63,985 bases of DNA from Acholeplasmataceae bacterium (GCA_012838945.1 DUOG01000041.1:1-63985), one strand, 5' to 3'. Positions 45,712 through 55,326 are shown, numbered from the stretch's first letter. Notes: generated by a model from the letters alone, not told the origin. Numbers and translations: made by a program.

Positions 45712-47622
45712 TTAATTTGTTTGTGTTAAACTTGATGTTTTTACTTCATCAATGTATTTTAATTTTAGTGATAGTGGTTTAAATTCATATCCACCACCAT
45801 CATAGAATTTTCCAAAGAACTCGACATATTGAAGCCGGCTGTCATGAACATATGCTGATAATAATCCCATCGCAATATTAAAGACATGTCCAACAACAAA
45901 GATAACTGCTGCCAGGATAAATCCAATGACAGATCCTGCAACCATTCCAGCCAACATATTCATTACCATACCAATAACAGCGGTTGATAATGCTAGGGCG
46001 AGTATACGGGAGTATGATAAGATATCACTCATGTAATTGGCAATATCATATAGACCTAAAATTCCACCAGTAATCTTGCCAAAAAGATTTTTCTTATGGC
46101 GGCCAGCCGTTAGGACAACTGTTACCGCTCCAACTATAACCATAATCATACCAATTGATTTAGTTGGCGGCAAGACAAATAGACAAATACCAGCTAAGAT
46201 TAAAATCCAACTAACTTGATCAGCAAAAATCGCAAAATACTCTTTATCAACAAAATTGCGAGCTGCCTTCATAATTAATCCAGAAATAATATGTAAAACA
46301 CCGATAGCTAGTGATAATATTAACATACTAAGTGGATCATCCATTGGCGCAATCAAAGCAAAGCCCCAATTGTTTTTACCGAAGAGTCGACCTATTAAGT
46401 TAACCGGATCATATCCGAAGAAACTTCCAAAAAGGATTCCCCAGATGATGGTAGTAATTCCTGAATAATAAAAGATTTTAATTATTCTTAATGTTCCACC
46501 CTTTGGTTTCTTGTACTTAATGAACAAGTGGGAGGCAATCATCATCAATAATCCATAACCGGAATCACCCATCATAATACCAAATAAGATCCAATACCAA
46601 ATTGACATAATTGGATTAGGGTCAACTTCATTAGGATTCGGTTTGGAAAACATATCGGTAATTACTTCAAATGAAGCGGTAAAATCATTGTTTTTAGTTA
46701 CCGTTGGTGGTATCTCTTCTGGACTTGGATCAGTTATAGCCAAATCGTAAACATCAGTGGCTTCTTTAATAGCTTCATTTAATTGGTCTACCTCATCACT
46801 ACGAACCCAACCTTCGATGTAACAAGTAGCATAGGTAGTAATGTTACTAACCTTTGCTTCTACAAGTTCTAATTGAGAATTAAGTTGGTCATTTAATACT
46901 AGTAACTCTTCGATATTAGAAGCCAATTCCTTTAGATTTTCTTCCAATCTCTCAATTTCTTGTTTGTTATTTTGAAGTAAGGTTTCCTTTTCAAAAATCA
47001 AATCTTTGGCATAGGCATCTACAGTAGGTAATTGATATTCTTCAAAACCTAAATTTTTGAGTTCATTTAGTAAAGTTTCATCATCTTGATAGTACACCGC
47101 ATATAAAATCGCTAGTGAATAATCCTTTTGTCCCACGACAGTCATATCGCCGTTTTGGCTTTCTATTGCTTTTTCAACTTCTGACAATTTTCTAGCTTCA
47201 ATAAAACCAATATGTAGTTTTGCATATCGGGGTGATGAAAGATCAGATAATTTAATATCTAGTCCTTTCCAAGGTGCAAGGGCATCTAATTCTTCTTGTA
47301 TGCTTTGATTGTTGTTCTGTAATCGAAGAATAGTATCATTAATTCGTTCTGTTTCTTCAAGATATTTTTGCCGCCTTGGATCTTCTTGAATAAACTCTTC
47401 ATAATTAACGATTATTTCATTATTCTTTTCTTCACGATACTTTTCGAGATTAGCAATTGACTTTTCAATACGATTGAGAACTTGTCCATCAATCGCTTGA
47501 TGATCTTCATTGTCCCCAGTTTTAATCAACATTAAAACACTATGTTTTTGTAAAGATTGTAAGAGTCGCTCTTGGTCTTCTTTTAAGACTACCAGATGAG
47601 CTTTTTTCATCGGGACTATCAT
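45712..47622 (-). CDS. ntpI: V-type ATPase subunit I (a-subunit, stator/ion channel)
   Basis: 636 aa; soluble N-terminal half, 7-8 C-terminal TM helices with the conserved Arg region (LSYSRILALALS). Confidence 0.93.
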   Translation of the reverse strand: MIVPMKKAHLVVLKEDQERLLQSLQKHSVLMLIKTGDNEDHQAIDGQVLNRIEKSIANLEKYREEKNNEIIVNYEEFIQEDPRRQKYLEETERINDTILRLQNNNQSIQEELDALAPWKGLDIKLSDLSSPRYAKLHIGFIEARKLSEVEKAIESQNGDMTVVGQKDYSLAILYAVYYQDDETLLNELKNLGFEEYQLPTVDAYAKDLIFEKETLLQNNKQEIERLEENLKELASNIEELLVLNDQLNSQLELVEAKVSNITTYATCYIEGWVRSDEVDQLNEAIKEATDVYDLAITDPSPEEIPPTVTKNNDFTASFEVITDMFSKPNPNEVDPNPIMSIWYWILFGIMMGDSGYGLLMMIASHLFIKYKKPKGGTLRIIKIFYYSGITTIIWGILFGSFFGYDPVNLIGRLFGKNNWGFALIAPMDDPLSMLILSLAIGVLHIISGLIMKAARNFVDKEYFAIFADQVSWILILAGICLFVLPPTKSIGMIMVIVGAVTVVLTAGRHKKNLFGKITGGILGLYDIANYMSDILSYSRILALALSTAVIGMVMNMLAGMVAGSVIGFILAAVIFVVGHVFNIAMGLLSAYVHDSRLQYVEFFGKFYDGGGYEFKPLSLKLKYIDEVKTSSLTQTN

Positions 47623-47927
47623 ACTTCAATTATCCTCTCTAAAATAAAATCAACCGCTACTTTCATTCGCTTTTCGGCAAGGGCAGCTACTTTTTGATCT
47701 TCTTGTTCAAATTTTTGATTGATTTCACGTTCGACATCAATTAGCTTTTGATCACAATCCTTCGCAATTTGTTGAACCTTTTCTTCAGCCTCTGCATACA
47801 TCTTGCTTGCCAGTTCGGAAGTTCGTCTCTTAGTTTCTTCCAGTAACGCTTCTACATTTTTTGTGGCTTCTTGTCTTAACTCTTCTGCTTTTGCTTCAGC
47901 AGCTTGGATTGATTCTAATATTGTCAT
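47619..47927 (-). CDS. ntpF: V-type ATPase subunit G/H (NtpF-like peripheral stalk)
   Basis: 102 aa, all-helical and charged (AEAKAEELRQEA...). First gene of the operon; ATGA overlap with ntpI. Confidence 0.8.
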   Translation of the reverse strand: MTILESIQAAEAKAEELRQEATKNVEALLEETKRRTSELASKMYAEAEEKVQQIAKDCDQKLIDVEREINQKFEQEDQKVAALAEKRMKVAVDFILERIIEV

Positions 47928-48031
47928 TTTTTCACCACCTTTTGAAAAACTATTATATTATAAATATATATAATATTATACAACATATTGTCTTTTTTTA
48001 CTACAAAACTAATAAAGAAAAACGGATAAAC

Positions 48032-48060
48032 AAAAAACACCAATTTTATCAATTGATGTT
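48032..48060 (-). terminator. Rho-independent terminator upstream of the V-ATPase operon
   Basis: 10-bp stem AACAUCAAUU/AAUUGGUGUU (one G-U), then a U run. Confidence 0.75.
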
Positions 48061-48071
48061 TTAGTTAATCA

Positions 48072-48692
48072 TTATATGTCAGTTGTTTTTTTACCAATTG
48101 TTTTTTCTGGATTTAAATGTTTACCACTTTTAACTATTTTAAAGTAAACATGATTTCCGGCTTCTTTGTCAATTTCTGAATGTCCACTTACACCAATTTT
48201 TGATCCTTGAGAAACGTCCGCTCCCACACTTACGGTTACCTCAGATAGTGCGTAATAATATGTTTTTAGATTATCTTTATGTTCGATAACAACATATTTA
48301 CCGTACAATGGACTTTCCTTAATTTCAACTACTTTTCCGCTTAACGAAGCAAGAACATCAAATGGCTCATCATTTTTACAAGAAAATGAAGTTCCTAGGC
48401 TTGTACGATAAGTGTTACCATACTTAATTAGCCCTTTTAATTGGTTTTCTTGACTTTCGTTTTTATCGTAGAATTTACGGACGATCTTGTAGTCAAGATC
48501 AGCAAAAGGTAATTTAATCTCTTCTACAGCCTCGACATCGGTTGGGTCTTCACCAGGTGGATCAATCGGCGGTTTAGGAGTTTCTCTAATTGATGTCGAA
48601 ACAACTAAAGCAACTACTAAAAGCGCTAAAATACCAACAAAGAAAAAGAATTGAAATTTATTTTGGCCAATTTTTTTAATCCATTCCTTCAC
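48072..48692 (-). CDS. Membrane-anchored degenerate LytM/M23 domain protein (SpoIIQ-like)
   Basis: 206 aa; N-terminal TM, Pro-rich linker, M23 fold (GKVVEI...GKYVVIEH...GSKIGVSG...GNHVYFKI). The HxxxD motif and the second His of HxH are replaced. Confidence 0.75.
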   Translation of the reverse strand: MKEWIKKIGQNKFQFFFFVGILALLVVALVVSTSIRETPKPPIDPPGEDPTDVEAVEEIKLPFADLDYKIVRKFYDKNESQENQLKGLIKYGNTYRTSLGTSFSCKNDEPFDVLASLSGKVVEIKESPLYGKYVVIEHKDNLKTYYYALSEVTVSVGADVSQGSKIGVSGHSEIDKEAGNHVYFKIVKSGKHLNPEKTIGKKTTDI

Positions 48693-48754
48693 TGTATCAC
48701 CTCGTGAATATTATGGACGCTTTAAAAATAATTATACTAGCCAAAAATATTTTT

Positions 48755-48970
48755 TTATGCTAACTTGTAAATTTCTTCCAAGAATTTTACTATTGCACTA
48801 GCGAATAAATAACTTAAAATTATTGAAAAAACAACGTAGAAAACTCGAATTTGATTGACTCTTCCTTGTTTAAATAATTGATGAAAATTTGATTCAAGCA
48901 AAATTTTTAAATTGACAATTAACATCCCCAAGAAAAGAATAAGATAAACGACACTAAAGGTTCTTTCCAT
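48755..48970 (-). CDS. Small two-TM hypothetical membrane protein
   Basis: 71-aa ORF with two hydrophobic helices. Lies 14 nt downstream of upp. Confidence 0.45.
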   Translation of the reverse strand: MERTFSVVYLILFLGMLIVNLKILLESNFHQLFKQGRVNQIRVFYVVFSIILSYLFASAIVKFLEEIYKLA

Positions 48971-48984
48971 ACTTCACCTCTTTG

Positions 48985-49614
48985 TTATTTAGTTCCAAAT
49001 AAACGGTCGCCACAATCTCCTAGTCCAGGAACAATATATCCTTTTTCATTTAATTTTTCATCAAGAGCTGCTAGAAAAATCGAAACATCTGGATGAGCCT
49101 CTACTACACGGTTGACGCCTTCCGGCGCTCCTACTAATCCCACATAAATAATATCCTTAGCACCAGTCGCTTTTACTAAATCAATAGCTTTGATTAAACT
49201 GCCACCAGTTGCAAGCATTGGGTCAACAATCATTACCGTTGACTTACTAATGATATCAGGAAATTTTGCATAATAAGTATGAATTTCTAAAGTTTCTTCA
49301 TCCCGATATAAACCGACATGTCCCACTTTTGCTGTAGGAATTAGGTTCATTATTCCTTCAATCATCCCCAATCCTGCTCTTAAAATTGGTACCAAAACGA
49401 CATCATTAGCTAATTGTTTAGTCCTCGCGATCGCTATTGGTGTTTTTACTTCCACTTCTATCGTTTTTAAATCACGAGTTACCTCATAAGCCATTAAGCC
49501 GCCAATTTCGGAAACTGTTTGTCTAAAATCTTTCGTATTAGTATTTTCATTTCTAATCAACGATAATTTGTGATGGATTAATGGATGATTAAATATCACA
49601 ACCTTGCCACTCAT
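48985..49614 (-). CDS. upp: Uracil phosphoribosyltransferase
   Basis: Start at ATG 49614 after GAGGAGG. 209 aa; PILRAGLGM and [13 protein letters not shown] motifs. Confidence 0.95.
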   Translation of the reverse strand: MSGKVVIFNHPLIHHKLSLIRNENTNTKDFRQTVSEIGGLMAYEVTRDLKTIEVEVKTPIAIARTKQLANDVVLVPILRAGLGMIEGIMNLIPTAKVGHVGLYRDEETLEIHTYYAKFPDIISKSTVMIVDPMLATGGSLIKAIDLVKATGAKDIIYVGLVGAPEGVNRVVEAHPDVSIFLAALDEKLNEKGYIVPGLGDCGDRLFGTK

Positions 49615-49788
49615 AATGTTTCCTCCTCTATTACTTTTATATTTGCGATTATTATAACATAAAACCATCAAAGTTTTAAAAAATTTAATTGGTTAATTTT
49701 ATTTTCTCCCGTTATTTTAAACATATTTAAAAATAATTTTTAAAATAAATAGGGTCTAAACTATTATGTTTAAACCCTTTTAGATATA

Positions 49789-50217
49789 TCAGTTATTTAA
49801 TTGATATTTCATAATCATTGCTTTATCAAACTCGGTCATTCGCACAGGTTCTTCCCCAATGAAGACATGACGATTATTGATTGGTTTAAAACCTAAACTA
49901 ATAAACACTTCTTGAATTTCATCTTTTAGTGCAATTGCAATTAATTCTTTGAGATTTATCTTTGATGCGTTTTTAACAACATCATTAAATAATTCTTTAA
50001 TAATTTCATCACCTATGGTTTTTTGAAAAATAAAATAACGAATCAAACCTCTTTTTTCAAAAACCTCAAAAGATAGGATTCCAAAGATTTTATCTTCGTC
50101 AATTATCACTGATGCATTTTCAATAACCTTTTCATCTATTTCTCTGATACTCGGTATTCTCATTAAAAATTCTTTTACTTTTGGAAGTAGTTCTTTATTA
50201 ATTCTTAATATTTCCAC
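49789..50217 (-). CDS. Small hypothetical protein, possibly GNAT-fold
   Basis: 142 aa. Only a loose resemblance to acetyltransferase topology (ends ...VFISLGFKPIN). No clear acetyl-CoA motif. Confidence 0.45.
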   Translation of the reverse strand: MEILRINKELLPKVKEFLMRIPSIREIDEKVIENASVIIDEDKIFGILSFEVFEKRGLIRYFIFQKTIGDEIIKELFNDVVKNASKINLKELIAIALKDEIQEVFISLGFKPINNRHVFIGEEPVRMTEFDKAMIMKYQLNN

Positions 50218-50262
50218 CTTATCGCCTCATCTTATTATATGTTTTAAGATAGGCGCTATTGA

Positions 50263-50745
50263 CTACTTTTTAATGAACTTTTCATAAAAGTATGATTTAT
50301 ACTTGATATTATGATCTTCATCCTCAAACGATACCCCAAAAAACTCCGGATAGAGAACCGTCCACCAATTTTGACCTTTACCATTTCCAATAGTGATTAG
50401 CAAAGTTAGATACTCACCCGCCGGTAAGAACTTCTCATTATAAGATTGAGCTCGATAGGCACAAATCTTATATTCAACTTTAATTTTCTTTTTCAGCTGT
50501 TCATCATCAATGGCCTTAAACAAATCATCTCTAATTTCTTTAACACTTGGTTTTTGGGGGTGTTTTTTCAAGATAGGGACCAAGATATTTTTAAGATAGT
50601 ATTTTTCTGCTTGATCTTCCTTACTATTAGAATTTGCGAGAATCCGCACGCGAATTTCACTGCTATTATTTATATCATTATTTTTTATTAAACTAGTTAT
50701 TAGTATAACCACACCTATTATTAGAAGTACTTTCATTCCTTTCAT
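50263..50745 (-). CDS. spoIIR: SpoIIR-family protein (stage II sporulation signalling protein R-like)
   Basis: 160 aa; N-terminal signal/anchor. IRVRILANSNSKEDQAEKYYLKN parallels the SpoIIR (L/I)R(L/F)HV(I/L)ANSDS.EDQ motif. GKGQNWWTVLYPEF parallels the C-terminal NWWCV motif. Confidence 0.75.
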   Translation of the reverse strand: MKGMKVLLIIGVVILITSLIKNNDINNSSEIRVRILANSNSKEDQAEKYYLKNILVPILKKHPQKPSVKEIRDDLFKAIDDEQLKKKIKVEYKICAYRAQSYNEKFLPAGEYLTLLITIGNGKGQNWWTVLYPEFFGVSFEDEDHNIKYKSYFYEKFIKK

Positions 50746-50787
50746 AAAAAAACACCACCAGATATATTGTGGTAGTGTTTGGTAATA

Positions 50788-51375
50788 TTATACATTTAAT
50801 TTGAAATCACCTTGACGAATTACTTTAATTTCATCAGCAGTAGCATCAATAACGGTTGATGGTACTTTTGACAGCTCACATTCATCAATAATTAAATAAT
50901 CAATATCTGATGCAAACTGACTGCGAATTTCTTCTAGATTATTTAATGTTTCCTGGCCACTAACATTAATGCTAGTTGTTGCCAAATTACCGAGATGGTT
51001 TAAAACCTTTAAGGCTATTTCACTATTAGGTATTCTAAAACCAACTGACGGTAGGTTTGCTGTGATAAGATCACTTACTCCAGCCTTTTTATTAAACACA
51101 ATCGTCACTGCTCCTGGCCATAATTTATCCATAAGTTCTAGCACGTGGGAATTTTTTACTTCCACAAAAGGAATCACACTTTCAACTTTAGGAGACAAAA
51201 TGGCAAGTGGTTTATCTTTGGTTCGATGTTTCATCGCAAAGATTCTTTCAATTGCCTCATCATCAAAAATGCTCGCTCCCACACCATAAACAGTGTCAGT
51301 TGGAAAAGCAATGACTTTATTTCTAAGCATCAAGGGATCTATTTTTAAAAACTCTTCACAAGTTAACTCTATCAT
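50788..51375 (-). CDS. tsaC: L-threonylcarbamoyladenylate synthase (YrdC/TsaC type, short form)
   Basis: 195 aa; FPTDTVYGVGA, KHRTKDKPLAIL and SINVSG motifs. Confidence 0.88.
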   Translation of the reverse strand: MIELTCEEFLKIDPLMLRNKVIAFPTDTVYGVGASIFDDEAIERIFAMKHRTKDKPLAILSPKVESVIPFVEVKNSHVLELMDKLWPGAVTIVFNKKAGVSDLITANLPSVGFRIPNSEIALKVLNHLGNLATTSINVSGQETLNNLEEIRSQFASDIDYLIIDECELSKVPSTVIDATADEIKVIRQGDFKLNV

Positions 51376-52232
51376 TTCTCCACCATTATTTTTCTTAATT
51401 CTTCATTTAACTCTTCTTCACTTATTTCTCCATATTCATAGAGTTTAAATAAATGATTTAGATAAGACTCCTTATCAAGGATTTCTGTTTTTTCTTCTGG
51501 TTTGGCATCCAATTCATAGTCATCAAAATTATCATAGGTATCACTATAATCGAAGAGGTCATCATCATCAAAAGTTGCATCAATGATGTTATCATCATAA
51601 TTAATGATTGGCGGTTCAGAATCAACATCCCACCAACTTTGATACCTAATATTTTTGTTTTTCTTAAACGCAGCAATATAAACGATAATTGCTCCAAAAA
51701 TCACAATCAAGATCACACTAATGAGTTGAATTAGTGATTGGGGCTTTAAGGATTGGGAAAGTCTTTGAGTTTCTAGTTCGTTTTTCCCTAAGCCATAAAA
51801 AACATCTGACTCTGCCACTCCATTAGTCGTAAAACTTTCTTTATAAATTTTTTGATCACTGATGGTATCCGTAATCGATAATTCATAAGTAGTCTTATTT
51901 TTTAATTTCAATTTAGGATAACTAGCAATATGGTCATCAAATTCGATTCGATACTCAATATTTTTAGCCTCAAGGTAAACTCTCATCGGTGTATTAGTTT
52001 TATTATTTATAAAAATACCATAATAGGTGTTTTTATCAATAACTCCTGTAACCACCATGACTTCATAATCTTTTTTATTTGCTACTAAAAGATAACCGTA
52101 TGAATCATAGTTTTCAAACACAAGGTTATGAAAACTTTCCATAGAACTAGGAGTTGTATTAGTTGATGCAATTGGAAGTATTAATGATAGTAATAATAAG
52201 CAATATTTAATCATCTTTATCATCATTAACAA
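51372..52232 (-). CDS. Hypothetical bitopic membrane protein with acidic tail and SHOCT-like C-terminus
   Basis: 286 aa; signal-like N-terminus, beta-rich ectodomain, one TM (LIQLISVILIVIFGAIIVYIAAF), a D/E/Y-rich tail, and LFKLYEYGEISEEELNEELRKI at the end. Confidence 0.6.
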   Translation of the reverse strand: MLMMIKMIKYCLLLLSLILPIASTNTTPSSMESFHNLVFENYDSYGYLLVANKKDYEVMVVTGVIDKNTYYGIFINNKTNTPMRVYLEAKNIEYRIEFDDHIASYPKLKLKNKTTYELSITDTISDQKIYKESFTTNGVAESDVFYGLGKNELETQRLSQSLKPQSLIQLISVILIVIFGAIIVYIAAFKKNKNIRYQSWWDVDSEPPIINYDDNIIDATFDDDDLFDYSDTYDNFDDYELDAKPEEKTEILDKESYLNHLFKLYEYGEISEEELNEELRKIMVEK

Positions 52233-53067
52233 TAATCATAATTCGATCTTTCCCAAACATGTCTTGAATTACCCGGGCCTTTCCTTGTGGGAAATACTTC
52301 GCAGCTATTGTTAACATCTCCTTCTTTTGTGAATAACTATGTTCAAAAGCAATGATATTTTTTGGTTTTAATATCTTATGAGCATTGGCTAATATTTGCT
52401 CGTAGAAATATAATCCCGTCTCTCCACCAAATAAAGCAATGTGTGGTTCATTGTCCTTGACAATAGATTGAACCTCTTCTTTCTTTGGAATATATGGCGG
52501 ATTAGAAACTAAAATATCAAATTTAAGCTCACGTACAATTAGTGGTTGCAATAAATCACCAGCAATAAACTCAACCTCTGCTCCTAGCTTTTGAGCATTT
52601 TTCTTTGCTACCACAAGGGCGGGTTGAGAAATATCGGTTGCATAAACCTTCATCAACGGTTCTTCTTTAGCAAGGGTAATGGCGATTGCTCCAGAACCAG
52701 TACCGATATCGACAACGGTAACTTCTTCACCACTAAAATAATGATCATATTCTGCCAAAACATAACTAACTAATTCTTCTGTTTCCGGGCGGGGAATAAG
52801 CACATTTTCATCAACATCGAAGGGATAACCAAAAAAATAACTATATCCTAAGATATATTGAACAGGAATATTGTCCACTAAATAACGATTAATGGCTTCT
52901 TGAATTATGGTCTCTTTTTCTTCACCAATTTCTTCATCATAGGCACTATAAAACTCCGCCCCATTTAGTCCGGACAATTCTAAAGTTAATATTTTGATAG
53001 CTTCCTTTTCTTTTCCTAGAAGTTCTGCTCTTTTGGATTCGATATTGATTAGTGTGCGATAAGTCAT
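52207..53067 (-). CDS. prmC: Release factor glutamine N5-methyltransferase
   Basis: 286 aa; LIPRPETE, VDIGTGSGAIA and NPPY (VSNPPYI) motifs. RBS AAGAGGG upstream of ATG 53067. Confidence 0.92.
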   Translation of the reverse strand: MTYRTLINIESKRAELLGKEKEAIKILTLELSGLNGAEFYSAYDEEIGEEKETIIQEAINRYLVDNIPVQYILGYSYFFGYPFDVDENVLIPRPETEELVSYVLAEYDHYFSGEEVTVVDIGTGSGAIAITLAKEEPLMKVYATDISQPALVVAKKNAQKLGAEVEFIAGDLLQPLIVRELKFDILVSNPPYIPKKEEVQSIVKDNEPHIALFGGETGLYFYEQILANAHKILKPKNIIAFEHSYSQKKEMLTIAAKYFPQGKARVIQDMFGKDRIMIIVNDDKDD

Positions 53068-54118
53068 TCTCTACCCTCTTAAAATATATTTTCTTTATTT
53101 TGCTCATTTGGCATAAAACTTGATGAACGGAACACGATAACTCATCAGCTAACTGATAGATTTTATTGTTATTCCCGAGTAAATTAAAGCAAGAATTATA
53201 ATTTACTTCATCATTTACTAATAGAAATGAATGGTTCATACAAGTCCTAGCAATCTGTTTAAACTCATTATTTTTATATTTCCATGAAATATTACTAATA
53301 CCTTGCAACAATCCTTCATTATAACCAATCGGCAAAACTGCCACTTTAACCTTTTCTGGAGCTTGGTAGGTCATATCATAACCTAGATATTCGCCAGGCT
53401 CTAGAGTTAGTAAATTAATTGGTTTAGCATATAGGTAACATACGGGTTTTAGCCCTTTAATGTTAGTATTGTATCCATAGAGCGCAATCCCAATACGAAC
53501 ATAATTTCCAACCAATGGCTTAGCTAGGGACGCTGAATTAGCGCTATGAATCATTTTAAAAGGATACAAATCAATAAACCGTTTAAATTGTTCTACTTGA
53601 TAAGTATAATACTGATATTCATCAGCAGAACTTGCAAAATGAGTATATATTCCATCTATGATAACACAATCATTTAACGATAATATTTGAATAATGGATT
53701 CTACTTCACTAGTCGTTTTCAAGCCCATTCGATTCATACCAGTATCAATGGCGATATGAACGAAATGTTTCGTCTTTAATATACTTAAATTATGGGCATC
53801 TTGGGTATTATTAACGGAAAAAATTACTTGTAAAAATTGATCGAATTCTTCAAGTTCTTCTACCTTTAAACTAGATAATATTAAGATAAAAACATCCTTT
53901 AATGCATTATCTTGGAGTAAAACTTTAGCTTCTTTAGCATTATTCACCACTAAATAGTTAACGCCCGACTTTACTAAAGTACGGGCAATTATTTTTACCC
54001 CTAAACCATAAGCATCACTTTTGACTATCGCCATTATCGATGTTTTAGTCTTCTTTTTAATCACATTAATATTATTGATTAAATGATTCATGTTGATAAT
54101 CATTTGGGGATTACTCAC
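52946..54118 (-). CDS. alr: Alanine racemase with basic C-terminal read-on overlapping prmC
   Basis: 390 aa; PLP lysine in AIVKSDAYGLG. The body ends around ...KIKKIYFK, then about 40 extra K/R-rich codons run 122 nt into prmC in another frame. Confidence 0.88.
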   Translation of the reverse strand: MSNPQMIINMNHLINNINVIKKKTKTSIMAIVKSDAYGLGVKIIARTLVKSGVNYLVVNNAKEAKVLLQDNALKDVFILILSSLKVEELEEFDQFLQVIFSVNNTQDAHNLSILKTKHFVHIAIDTGMNRMGLKTTSEVESIIQILSLNDCVIIDGIYTHFASSADEYQYYTYQVEQFKRFIDLYPFKMIHSANSASLAKPLVGNYVRIGIALYGYNTNIKGLKPVCYLYAKPINLLTLEPGEYLGYDMTYQAPEKVKVAVLPIGYNEGLLQGISNISWKYKNNEFKQIARTCMNHSFLLVNDEVNYNSCFNLLGNNNKIYQLADELSCSVHQVLCQMSKIKKIYFKRVENDLSHTNQYRIQKSRTSRKRKGSYQNINFRIVRTKWGGVL

Positions 54119-54203
54119 CTAATCACCTCAATACTTCTTTTTATATTATAATCGTATTATTTATCAATTATTAATATAACAAGAAGTTAAGGCTTTGGTT
54201 TAT

Positions 54204-55268
54204 TTAGTTTTGTTTGGTTAATTGTTGTTGTTGCTCGTATGCATGTAAGGCATCAATGATTGGATCAAGTTTGCCTTCCATTACTCGATCAAGTTGTTGA
54301 ATGGTAAATCCAATACGATGGTCAGTAACGCGATTTTGTGGATAATTGTATGTTCTAATTTTCTCACTACGGTCACCACGACCAATCTTTGATAAGCGTT
54401 CCATTCCTTCTTTTTCGTTTTTTTCTTCTTCCATTTTTTCATACAAACGGGCATATAGAACTTTTAAAGCATTGGCTTTATTCTCATGTTGGCTTTTCCC
54501 GTCTTGACAAGAAACAACGATACCAGTTGGAATATGCGTTACCCGCACAGCTGACTTGGTTGTATTAACACTTTGACCACCATGACCAGATGCACAGAAA
54601 GTATCAACACGAACATCATTCATATCTAAATTTACTTCTAATTGATCAGCTTCTGGCATAACTAGAACGGTTGCGGTGGAAGTATGAATACGACCTTGTG
54701 ATTCAGTAGCTGGGACTCTTTGAACCCGGTGTGAACCCGATTCATATTTCAAAAATGAATAAACTGAATCCCCAGAAATCATAAATTGAACTTGGCTATA
54801 GCCACCAACTTCACTTGGTTCTAAGTCCATGATTTCTACTTTCCAACCTTTTTGTTCTGCATATTTCAAATACATCCTGAATAAGTCACCAGCAAATATA
54901 TTAGCTTCATCGCCACCAGCAGCTCCCCTAATTTCAATAATAACGTTCTTTTCATCATTAGGGTCCTTTGGTATTAACAAGATTTTTAATTCTTCTTCGA
55001 GAACCTCAATCTTATTTTCTGCTTCTTCTAATTCAATACTAGCAAATTCACTTATTTCTGGATCTTTATCATTTTTCAATTCTTTTAAATCATTGATTGA
55101 TGATAACACCTTTTTGTATTCTTGATATTTCATTACAGTTGTTGCTATTGAACCTTGCTCTTTAGAAAGTTCAGTCATCTTTTTAATATCTTTTACAATA
55201 TCAGGGTCTGACAACATTTCATTTATTTGGTTATATCTTTTTTCAATAGCATCTAGTCTATCTCTCAT
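54204..55268 (-). CDS. prfA: Peptide chain release factor 1
   Basis: 354 aa; PAT-type tripeptide (RVPATES) and GGQ (SGHGGQSVN). Confidence 0.97.
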   Translation of the reverse strand: MRDRLDAIEKRYNQINEMLSDPDIVKDIKKMTELSKEQGSIATTVMKYQEYKKVLSSINDLKELKNDKDPEISEFASIELEEAENKIEVLEEELKILLIPKDPNDEKNVIIEIRGAAGGDEANIFAGDLFRMYLKYAEQKGWKVEIMDLEPSEVGGYSQVQFMISGDSVYSFLKYESGSHRVQRVPATESQGRIHTSTATVLVMPEADQLEVNLDMNDVRVDTFCASGHGGQSVNTTKSAVRVTHIPTGIVVSCQDGKSQHENKANALKVLYARLYEKMEEEKNEKEGMERLSKIGRGDRSEKIRTYNYPQNRVTDHRIGFTIQQLDRVMEGKLDPIIDALHAYEQQQQLTKQN

Positions 55269-55291
55269 AATATCACTCCTAAAACTGTAAT

Positions 55292-55320
55292 ATTATATCA
55301 TATTATATGAATAATTGCAA
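55292..55320 (-). promoter_or_regulatory. Putative sigma-A promoter of prfA
   Basis: Reverse strand TTGCAA (55320-55315), 17 nt, TGaTATAAT (-10 at 55297-55292). Confidence 0.55.
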
Positions 55321-55326
55321 TTTGTT

